Positions 1 through 9,169 of a stretch of DNA of 24,262 nucleotides are shown in pieces (the first letter of the stretch is position 1; every line of letters begins with the position of its first letter). Origin of the DNA: Utricularia gibba (Eukaryota; Plantae; Magnoliophyta); contig NEEC01000415.1 of assembly GCA_002189035.1 (NCBI GenBank), positions 1 to 24,262 of the forward strand, written 5' to 3'. The notes under the pieces are model-generated. The model was not told where the DNA came from. It saw only the letters and a list, made by a program, of their open reading frames with translations, and made no database searches. Made by a program: the position numbers and the translations under genes.

Positions 1-25
1 GTGCCCCCCAAGACCGCCTCCTCAA

Positions 26-83
26 GTATAAAGTAAGTTGTTGAAAAAATCATGTGGGGTGCACGTGACATCTTACTTTAAAC
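26..83. repeat. Inverted repeat GTATAAAGTAAG (26-37) / CTTACTTTAAAC (72-83); one per unit
   Basis: 11/12 complementary, with a perfect 9-bp core TAAAGTAAG/CTTACTTTA and a 34-nt spacer. Confidence 0.9.
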
Positions 84-188
84 AAATGCATCATTATTTT
101 CGTCGACTCGCACCCGGTTGGGCTCATGAGCCGGACCGAACGCAGCGCCGGACCAAGTGCCCAGTGAGAGTGGCCGACACAAAACGAG
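35..188 (+). repeat. Submonomer A (154 bp) of the dimeric unit; shown for the first copy, present in every full copy
   Basis: Begins AAGTTGTT-GAAAAA. Positions 50-92 align ungapped to 207-249 at 26/43 identities. Shared anchors TGCATC (87 vs 244) and GTGCCC (157 vs 315). Confidence 0.8.
115..138. repeat. 24-bp imperfect palindrome CGGT-TG-GGCTCATGAGCC-GG-ACCG with a perfect 12-bp core (121-132); one per unit
   Basis: 10 of 12 arm positions are Watson-Crick complementary, read directly from the sequence. Confidence 0.95.
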
Positions 189-347
189 AAGTTGTTCCTT
201 GAAAAACCTTGTAGGAAGCCCCTGAAAACCGAACGTTAATAAGTGCATCGCTTTAGTTGCCAGGCTACAACTAACTTTCGGCCCTAACCAACCTGACCTT
301 TTGTCCCGTTCTAGGTGCCCCCAAGACCGCCTCCTCAAGTATAAAGT
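189..347 (+). repeat. Submonomer B (159-160 bp) of the dimeric unit; shown for the first copy
   Basis: Begins AAGTTGTTccttGAAAAA. Colinear with submonomer A at offsets 154-158; similarity is weak in the middle and at the 3' end. Confidence 0.8.
253..274. repeat. Short inverted repeat TTAGTTG (253-259) / CAACTAA (268-274) with an 8-nt loop; one per unit
   Basis: Perfect 7-bp complementarity; loop CCAGGCTA. Confidence 0.9.
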
Positions 348-2490
348 AAGTTGTTGAAAAAATCATGTGGGGTGCACGTGACATCTTACTTTAAACAAAT
401 GCATCATTATTTTTCGTCGACTCGCACCCGGTTGGGCTCATGAGCCGGACCGAACGCAGCGCCGGACCAAGTGCCCAGTGAGAGTGGCCGACACAAAACG
501 AGAAGTTGTTCCTTGAAAAACCTTGTAGGAAGCCCCTGAAAACCGAACGTTAATAAGTGCATCGCTTTAGTTGCCAGGCTACAACTAACTTTCGGCCCTA
601 ACCCAACCTGACCTTTGTCCCGTTCTAGGTGCCCCCAAGACCGCCTCCTCAAGTATAAAGTAAGTTGTTGAAAAAATCATGTGGGGTGCACGTGACATCT
701 TACTTTAAACAAATGCATCATTATTTTCGTCGACTCGCACCCGGTTGGGCTCATGAGCCGGACGAACGCAGCGCCGGACCAAGTGCCCAGTGGAGTGGCC
801 GACACAAAACGAGAAGTTGTTCCTTGAAAAACCTTGTAGGAAGCCCCTGAAAACCGAACGTTAATAAGTGCATCGCTTTAGTTGCCAGGCTACAACTAAC
901 TTTCGGCCCTAACCCAACCTGACCTTTGTCCCGTTCTAGGTGCCCCCAAGACCGCCTCCTCAAGTATAAAGTAAGTTGTTGAAAAAAATCATGTGGGGTG
1001 CACGTGACATCTTACTTTAAACAAATGCATCATTATTTTCGTCGACTCGCACCCGGTTGGGCTCATGAGCCGGACCGAACGCAGCGCCGGACCAAGTGCC
1101 CAGTGAGAGTGGCCGACACAAAACGAGAAGTTGTTCCTTGAAAAACCTTGTAGGAAGCCCCTGAAAACCGAACGTTAATAAGTGCATCGCTTTAGTTGCC
1201 AGGCTACAACTAACTTTCGGCCCTAACCCAACCTGACCTTTGTCCCGTTCTAGGTGCCCCCCAAGACCGCCTCCTCAAGTATAAAGTAAGTTGTTGAAAA
1301 AATCATGTGGGGTGCACGTGACATCTTACTTTAAACAAATGCATCATTATTTTCGTCGACTCGCACCCGGTTGGGCTCATGAGCCGGACCGAACGCAGCG
1401 CCGGACCAAGTGCCCAGTGAGAGTGGCCGACACAAAACGAGAAGTTGTTCCTTGAAAAACCTTGTAGGAAGCCCCTGAAAACCGAACGTTAATAAGTGCA
1501 TCGCTTTAGTTGCCAGGCTACAACTAACTTTCGGCCCTAACCAACCTGACCTTTGTCCCGTTCTAGGTGCCCCCAAGACCGCCTCCTCAAGTATAAAGTA
1601 AGTTGTTGAAAAAATCATGGGGTGCACGTGACATCTTACTTTAAACAAATGCATCATTATTTTCGTCGACTCGCACCGGTTGGGCTCATGAGCCGGACCG
1701 AACGCAGCGCCGACCAAGTGCCCAGTGAGAGTGGCCGACACAAACGAGAAGTTGTTCCTTGAAAAACCTTGTAGGAAGCCCCTGAAACCGAACGTTAATA
1801 AGTGCATCGCTTTAGTTGCCAGGCTACAACTAACTTTCGGCCCTAACCCAACCTGACTTGTCCCCTTCTAGGTGCCCCCAAGACCGCCTCCTCAAGTATA
1901 AAGTAAGTTGTTGAAAAAATCATGTGGGGTGCACGTGACATCTTACTTTAAACAAATGCATCATTATTTTCGTCGACTCGCACCCGGTTGGGCTCATGAG
2001 CCGGACCGAACGCAGCGCCGGACCAAGTGCCAGTGAGAGTGGCCGACACAAAACGAGAAGTTGTTCCTTGAAAACCTTGTAGGAAGCCCCTGAAAACCGA
2101 ACGTTAATAAGTGCATCGCTTTAGTTGCCAGGCTACAACTAACTTTCGGCCCTAACCCAACCTGACCTTTGTCCCGTTCTAGGTGCCCCCAAGACCGCCT
2201 CCTCAAGTATAAAGTAAGTTGTTGAAAAAATCATGTGGGGTGCACGTGACATCTTACTTTAAACAAATGCATCATTATTTTCGTCGACTCGCACCGGTTG
2301 GGCTCATGAGCCGGACCGAACGCAGCGCCGGACCAAGTGCCCAGTGAGAGTGGCCGACACAAAACGAGAAGTTGTTCCTTGAAAAACCTTGTAGAAGCCC
2401 CTGAAAACCGAACGTTAATAAGTGCAGTTTAGTTGCCAGGCTACAACTAACTTTCGGCCCTAACCCAACCTGACCTTTGTCCCGTTCTAG

Positions 2491-2652
2491 GTGTGACCAA
2501 GTGCCCAGTGAGAGTGGCCGACACAAACGAGAAGTTTTCCTTGAAAAACCTTGTAGGAAGCCCTGAAAACCGAACGTTAATAAGTGCATCGCTTTAGTTG
2601 CAGGCTACAACTAACTTTCGGCCCTAACCCAACCTGACCTTTGTCCCGTTCT
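2491..2652 (+). repeat. Truncated copy (162 bp) lacking about 146 bp from the first half of the unit
   Basis: Reads ...CCCGTTCTAG GTG T GACCAAGTGCCCAGTGAG..., jumping from unit position 3 to about position 150. Confidence 0.9.
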
Positions 2653-5600
2653 CCCCCAAGACGCCTCCTCAAGTATAAAGTAAGTTGTTGAAAAAATCAT
2701 GTGGGGTGCACGTGACATCTTACTTTAAACAAATGCATCATTATTTTCGTCGACTCGCACCGGTTGGGCTCATGAGCCGGACCGAACGCAGCGCCGGACA
2801 AGTGCCAGTGAGAGTGGCCGACACAAAACGAGAAGTTGTTCCTTGAAAAACCTTGTAGGAAGCCCCTGAAAACCGAACGTTAATAAGTGCATCGCTTTAG
2901 TTGCCAGGCTACAACTAACTTTCGGCCCTAACCCAACCTGACCTTTGTCCCGTTCTAGTGCCCCCAAGACCGCCTCCTCAAGTATAAAGTAAGTTGTTGA
3001 AAAAATCATGTGGGGTGCACGTGACATCTTACTTTAAACAAATGCATCATTATTTTCGTCGACTCGCACCCGGTTGGGCTCATGAGCCGGACCGAACGCA
3101 GCGCCGACCAAGTGCCCAGTGAGAGTGGCCGACACAAAACGAGAAGTTGTTCCTTGAAAAACCTTGTAGGAAGCCCCTGAAAACCGAACGTTAATAAGTG
3201 CATCTTTAGTTGCCAGGCTACAACTAACTTTCGGCCCTAACCCAACCTGACCTTTGTCCCGTTCTAGGTGCCCCCAAGACCGCCTCCTCAAGTATAAAGT
3301 AAGTTGTTGAAAAAATCATGTGGGGTGCACGTGACATCTTACTTTAAACAAATGCATCATTATTTTCGTCGACTCGCACCCGGTTGGGCTCATGAGCCGG
3401 ACCGAACGCAGCGCCGGACCAAGTGCCCAGTGAGAGTGGCCGACACAAAACGAGAAGTTGTTCCTTGAAAAACCTTGTAGGAAGCCCCTGAAAACCGAAC
3501 GTTAATAAGTGCATCGCTTTAGTTGCCAGGCTACAACTAACTTTCGGCCCTAACCCAACCTGACCTTTGTCCCGTTCTAGGTGCCCCCCAAGACCGCCTC
3601 CTCAAGTATAAAGTAAGTTTTGAAAAAATCATGTGGGGTGCACGTGACATCTTACTTTAAACAAATGCATCATTATTTTCGTCGACTCGCACCCGGTTGG
3701 GCTCATGAGCCGGACCGAACGCAGCGCCGGACCAAGTGCCCAGTGAGAGTGGCCGACACAAAACGAGAAGTTGTTCCTTGAAAAACCTTGTAGGAAGCCC
3801 CTGAAAACCGAACGTTAATAAGTGCATCGCTTTAGTTGCCAGGCTACAACTAACTTTCGGCCCTAACCCAACCTGACCTTTGTCCCGTTCTAGTGCCCCC
3901 CAAGACCGCCTCCTCAAGTATAAAGTAAGTTGTTGAAAAAATCATGTGGGTGCACGTGACATCTTACTTTAAACAAATGCATCATTATTTTCGTCGACTC
4001 GCACCCGGTTGGGCTCATGAGCCGGACGAACGCAGCGCCGGACCAAGTGCCCAGTGAGAGTGGCCGACACAAAACGAGAAGTTGTTCCTTGAAAAACCTG
4101 TAGGAAGCCCCTGAAAACCGAACGTTAATAAGTGCATCGCTTTAGTTGCCAGGCTACAACTAACTTTCGGCCCTAACCCAACCTGACCTTTGTCCCGTTC
4201 TAGGTGCCCCCCAAGACCGCCTCCTCAAGTATAAAGTAAGTTGTTGAAAAAATCATGTGGGGTGCACGTGACATCTTACTTTAAACAAATGCATCATTAT
4301 TTTCGTCGACTCGCACCCGGTTGGGCTCATGAGCCGGACCGAACGCAGCGCCGGACCAAGTGCCCAGTGAGAGTGGCCGACACAAAACGAGAAGTTGTTC
4401 CTTGAAAAACCTTGTAGGAAGCCCCTGAAAACCGAACGTTAATAAGTGCATCTTTAGTTGCCAGGCTACAACTAACTTTCGGCCCTAACCCAACCTGACC
4501 TTTGTCCCGTTCTAGTGCCCCCAAGACCGCCTCCTCAAGTATAAAGTAAGTTGTTGAAAAAATCATGTGGGTGCACGTGACATCTTACTTTAAACAAATG
4601 CATCATTATTTTCGTCGACTCGCACCCGGTTGGGCTCATGAGCCGGACCGAACGCAGCGCCGGACCAAGTGCCCAGTGAGAGTGGCCGACACAAAACGAG
4701 AAGTTGTTCCTTGAAAAACCTTGTAGGAAGCCCCTGAAAACCGAACGTTAATAAGTGCATCGCTTTAGTTGCCAGGCTACAACTAACTTTCGGCCCTAAC
4801 CCAACCTGACCTTTGTCCCGTTCTAGGTGCCCCCCAAGACCGCCTCCTCAAGTATAAAGTAAGTTGTTGAAAAAATCATGTGGGGTGCACGTGACATCTT
4901 ACTTTAAACAAATGCATCATTATTTTCGTCGACTCGCACCCGGTTGGGCTCATGAGCCGGACCGAACGCAGCGCCGGACCAAGTGCCCAGTGAGAGTGGC
5001 CGACACAAAACGAGAAGTTGTTCCTTGAAAAACCTTGTAGGAAGCCCCTGAAAACCGAACGTTAATAAGTGCATCGCTTTAGTTGCCAGGCTACAACTAA
5101 CTTTCGGCCCTAACCCAACCTGACCTTTGTCCCGTTCTAGGTCCCCCAAGACCGCCTCCTCAAGTATAAAGTAAGTTGTTGAAAAAATCATGTGGGGTGC
5201 ACGTGACATCTTACTTTAAACAAATGCATCATTATTTTCGTCGACTCGCACCCGGTTGGGCTCATGAGCCGGACCGAACGCAGCGCCGGACCAAGTGCCC
5301 AGTGAGAGTGGCCGACACAAAACGAGAAGTTGTTCCTTGAAAAACCTTGTAGGAAGCCCCTGAAAACCGAACGTTAATAAGTGCATCGCTTTAGTTGCCA
5401 GGCTACAACTAACTTTCGGCCCTAACCCAACCTGACCTTTGTCCCGTTCTAGGTGCCCCCCAAGACCGCCTCCTCAAGTATAAAGTAAGTTGTTGAAAAA
5501 ATCATGTGGGTGCACGTGACATCTTACTTTAAACAAATGCATCATTATTTTCGTCGACTCGCACCCGGTTGGGCTCATGAGCCGGACCGAACGCAGCGCC

Positions 5601-8600
5601 GGACCAAGTGCCCAGTGAGAGTGGCCGACACAAAACGAGAAGTTGTTCCTTGAAAAACCTTGTAGGAAGCCCCTGAAAACCGAACGTTAATAAGTGCATC
5701 GCTTAGTTGCCAGGCTACAACTAACTTTCGGCCCTAACCCAACCTGACCTTTGTCCCGTTCTAGGTGCCCCCAAGACCGCCTCCTCAAGTATAAAGTAAG
5801 TTGTTGAAAAAATCATGTGGGGTGCACGTGACATCTTACTTTAAACAAATGCATCATTATTTTCGTCGACTCGCACCGGTTGGGCTCATGAGCCGGACCG
5901 AACGCAGCGCCGGACCAAGTGCCCAGTGAGAGTGGCCGACACAAAACGAGAAGTTGTTCCTTGAAAAACCTTGTAGGAAGCCCCTGAAAACCGAACGTTA
6001 ATAAGTGCATCGCTTTAGTTGCCAGGCTACAACTAACTTTCGGCCCTAACCCAACCTGACCTTTGTCCCGTTCTAGGTGCCCCCCAAGACCGCCTCCTCA
6101 AGTATAAAGTAAGTTGTTGAAAAAATCATGTGGGGTGCACGTGACATCTTACTTTAAACAAATGCATCATTATTTTCGTCGACTCGCACCCGGTTGGGCT
6201 CATGAGCCGGACCGAACGCAGCGCCGGACCAAGCCCAGTGAGAGTGGCCGACACAAAACGAGAAGTTGTTCCTTGAAAAACCTTGTAGGAAGCCCCTGAA
6301 AACCGAACGTTAATAAGTGCATCGCTTTAGTTGCCAGGCTACAACTAACTTTCGGCCCTAACCCAACCTGACCTTTGTCCCTTCTAGTGCCCCCCAAGAC
6401 CGCCTCCTCAAGTATAAAGTAAGTTGTTGAAAAAATCATGTGGGTGCACGTGACATCTTACTTTAAACAAATGCATCATTATTTTCGTCGACTCGCACCC
6501 GGTTGGGCTCATCGCGAGTGGAAGTGCACACCCGACACAAAACGAGAAGTTGTTCCTTGAAAAACCTTGTAGGAAGCCCCTGAAAACCGAACGTTAATAA
6601 GTGCATCGCTTTAGTTGCCAGGCTACAACTAACTTTCGGCCCTAACCCAACCTGACCTTTGTCCCGTTCTAGGTGCCCCCAAGACCGCCTCCTCAAGTAT
6701 AAAGTAAGTTGTTGAAAAAATCATGTGGGGTGCACGTGACATCTTACTTTAAACAAATGCATCATTATTTTCGTCGACTCGCACCCGGTTGGGCTCATGA
6801 GCCCCGAACGCAGCGCCGGACCAAGTGCCCAGTGAGTGGCCGACACAAAACGAGAAGTTGTTCCTTGAAAAACCTTGTAGGAAGCCCCTGAAAACCGAAC
6901 GTTAATAAGTGCATCTTTAGTTGCCAGGCTACAACTAACTTTCGGCCCTAACCCAACCTGACCTTTGTCCCGTTCTAGGTGCCCCCCAAGACCGCCTCCT
7001 CAAGTATAAAGTAAGTTGTTGAAAAAATCATGTGGGGTGCACGTGACATCTTACTTTAAACAAATGCATCATTATTTTCGTCGACTCGCACCCGGTTGGG
7101 CTCATGAGCCGGACCGAACGCAGCGCCGGACCAAGTGCCCAGTGAGAGTGGCCGACACAAAACGAGAAGTTGTTCCTTGAAAAACCTTGTAGGAAGCCCC
7201 TGAAAACCGAACGTTAATAAGTGCATCGCTTTAGTTGCCAGGCTACAACTAACTTTCGGCCCTAACCCAACCTGACCTTTGTCCCGTTCTAGGTGCCCCC
7301 AAGACCGCCTCCTCAAGTATAAAGTAAGTTGTTGAAAAAATCATGTGGGGTGCACGTGACATCTTACTTTAAACAAATGCATCATTATTTTCGTCGACTC
7401 GCACCCGGTTGGGCTCATGAGCCGGACCGAACGCAGCGCCGGACCAAGTGCCCAGTGAGAGTGGCCGACACAAAACGAGAAGTTGTTCCTTGAAAAACCT
7501 TGTAGGAAGCCCCTGAAAACCGAACGTTAATAAGTGCATCGCTTTAGTTGCCAGGCTACAACTAACTTTCGGCCCTAACCCAACCTGACCTTTGTCCCGT
7601 TCTAGGTGCCCCCAAGACCGCCTCCTCAAGTATAAAGTAAGTTGTTGAAAAAATCATGTGGGGTGCACGTGACATCTTACTTTAAACAAATGCATCATTA
7701 TTTTCGTCGACTCGCACCCGGTTGGCTCATGAGCCGGACCGAACGCAGCGCCGGACCAAGTGCCCAGTGAGAGTGGCCGACACAAAACGAGAAGTTGTTC
7801 CTTGAAAAACCTTGTAGGAAGCCCCTGAAAACCGAACGTTAATAAGTGCATCGCTTTAGTTGCCAGGCTACAACTAACTTTCGGCCCTAACCCAACCTGA
7901 CCTTTGTCCCGTTCTAGGTGCCCCCAAGACCGCCTCCTCAAGTATAAAGTAAGTTGTTGAAAAAATCATGTGGGGTGCACGTGACATCTTACTTTAAACA
8001 AATGCATCATTATTTTCGTCGACTCGCACCCGGTTGGGCTCATGAGCCGGACCGAACGCAGCGCCGGACCAAGTGCCCAGTGAGAGTGGCCGACACAAAA
8101 CGAGAAGTTGTTCCTTGAAAAACCTTGTAGGAAGCCCCTGAAAACGAACGTTAATAAGTGCATCGCTTTAGTTGCCAGGCTACAACTAACTTTCGGCCCT
8201 AACCCAACCTGACCTTTGTCCCGTTCTAGGTGCCCCCCAAGACCGCCTCCTCAAGTATAAAGTAAGTTGTTGAAAAAATCATGTGGGGTGCACGTGACAT
8301 CTTACTTTAAACAAATGCATCATTATTTTCGTCGACTCGCACCGGTTGGGCTCATGAGCCGGACCGAACGCAGCGCCGGACCAAGTGCCCAGTGAGAGTG
8401 GCCGACACAAAACGAGAAGTTGTTCCTTGAAAAACCTTGTAGGAAGCCCCTGAAAACCGAACGTTAATAAGTGCATCGCTTTAGTTGCCAGGCTACAACT
8501 AACTTTCGGCCCTAACCCAACCTGACCTTTGTCCCGTTCTAGGTGCCCCCCAAGACCGCCTCCTCAAGTATAAAGTAAGTTGTTGAAAAAATCATGTGGG

Positions 8601-8855
8601 GTGCACGTGACATCTTACTTTAAACAAATGCATCATTATTTTCGTCGACTCGCACCGGTTGGGCTCATGAGCCGGACCGAACGCAGCGCCGGACCAAGTG
8701 CCCAGTGAGAGTGGCCGACACAAAACGAGAAGTTGTTCCTTGAAAAACCTTGTAGGAAGCCCCTGAAAACCGAACGTTAATAAGTGCATCGCTTTAGTTG
8801 CCAGGCTACAACTAACTTTCGGCCCTAACCCAACCTGACCTTTGTCCCGTTCTAG

Positions 8856-9169
8856 GTGCCCCCCAAGACCGCCTCCTCAAGTATAAAGTAAGTTGTTGAA
8901 AAAATCATGTGGGGTGCACGTGACATCTTACTTTAAACAAATGCATCATTATTTTCGTCGACTCGCACCCGGTTGGGCTCATGAGCCGGACCGAACGCAG
9001 CGCCGGACCAAGTGCCCAGTGAGAGTGGCCGACACAAAACGAGAAGTTGTTCCTTGAAAAACCTTGTAGGAAGCCCCTGAAAACCGAACGTTAATAAGTG
9101 CATCGCTTTAGTTGCCAGGCTACAACTAACTTTCGGCCCTAACCCAACCTGACCTTTGTCCCGTTCTAG
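8856..9169 (+). repeat. Representative consensus-matching monomer, 314 bp (C6 form); the C5 form is 313 bp, e.g. 3268-3580
   Basis: Matches the majority base at every position: GTGCCCCCCAAGACCGCCTCCTCAAGTATAAAGTAAGTTGTTGAAAAAATCATGTGGGGTGCACGTGACATCTTACTTTAAACAAATGCATCATTATTTTCGTCGACTCGCACCCGGTTGGGCTCATGAGCCGGACCGAACGCAGCGCCGGACCAAGTGCCCAGTGAGAGTGGCCGACACAAAACGAGAAGTTGTTCCTTGAAAAACCTTGTAGGAAGCCCCTGAAAACCGAACGTTAATAAGTGCATCGCTTTAGTTGCCAGGCTACAACTAACTTTCGGCCCTAACCCAACCTGACCTTTGTCCCGTTCTAG. Confidence 0.95.

Noticed and set aside
62-69. GTCACGTG on the minus strand (E-box/G-box; yeast CDEI consensus)
   Set aside because: A single post hoc 8-mer, with no AT-rich CDEII or CDEIII and no promoter context.
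96-142. Hammerhead-like words CTCATGAG...GAA on both strands, suggesting a viroid-sized (314-nt) ribozyme circle
   Set aside because: The core needs CUGANGA and GAAA directly flanking stem II. Here it is CUCAUGA (essential G missing) and GAAA is absent or misplaced. I also saw no hairpin-ribozyme motif, pospiviroid central conserved region or rod-like complementarity. An Infernal/Rfam search would be the formal test.
45-144. Short words (AAAAATCATGT..GGTGC, TCGCACCC, CGAACGCA, ATGTGGGGTG) reminiscent of grass satellites such as CentO, CentC or knob180
   Set aside because: Based on unverified recall; the spacing is not colinear with those monomers as I remember them and the matches are short. 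No family assigned; BLASTN is needed.
181-228. A-tracts at about 21-23 bp spacing (A4, A5, A4) as intrinsic curvature
   Set aside because: Only three short tracts, and the phasing is not maintained around the unit.
59-237. Seven 6-bp palindromes (GTGCAC, CACGTG, TTTAAA, ATGCAT, GTCGAC, TCATGA, AACGTT) suggesting a synthetic polylinker
   Set aside because: About 5 are expected by chance in 314 bp, they are not contiguous, and no vector, adapter or primer sequence was recognised.
1-314. 5S rDNA, spliced-leader or tRNA/SINE tandem gene array (similar unit size)
   Set aside because: No alignable 5S coding region, SL exon or cloverleaf. The minus-strand GTTCGGTCC lacks the conserved A of a B-box and has no properly spaced A-box.
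1-314. CRESS-DNA virus or satellite origin of replication
   Set aside because: No TAATATTAC or TAGTATTAC-type nonanucleotide in any hairpin loop, and no Rep ORF.
78-338. Recurrent minus-strand ORF (86 aa from TTG; 56 aa from ATG, 78-248, MHLLTFGFQG...DAFV) and its variants up to 158 aa
   Set aside because: No recognisable domain. The 5' extension exists only in C5 copies; in C6 copies an in-frame TGA precedes it. Longer versions arise only from single-copy indels, and the unit length is not a multiple of 3.
665-850. Plus-strand ORFs of 60-66 aa (MLKKSCGVHVTSYFKQ...)
   Set aside because: They pass the length threshold only in copies with frameshifting deletions, start at non-ATG codons in most cases, and show no homology signal.
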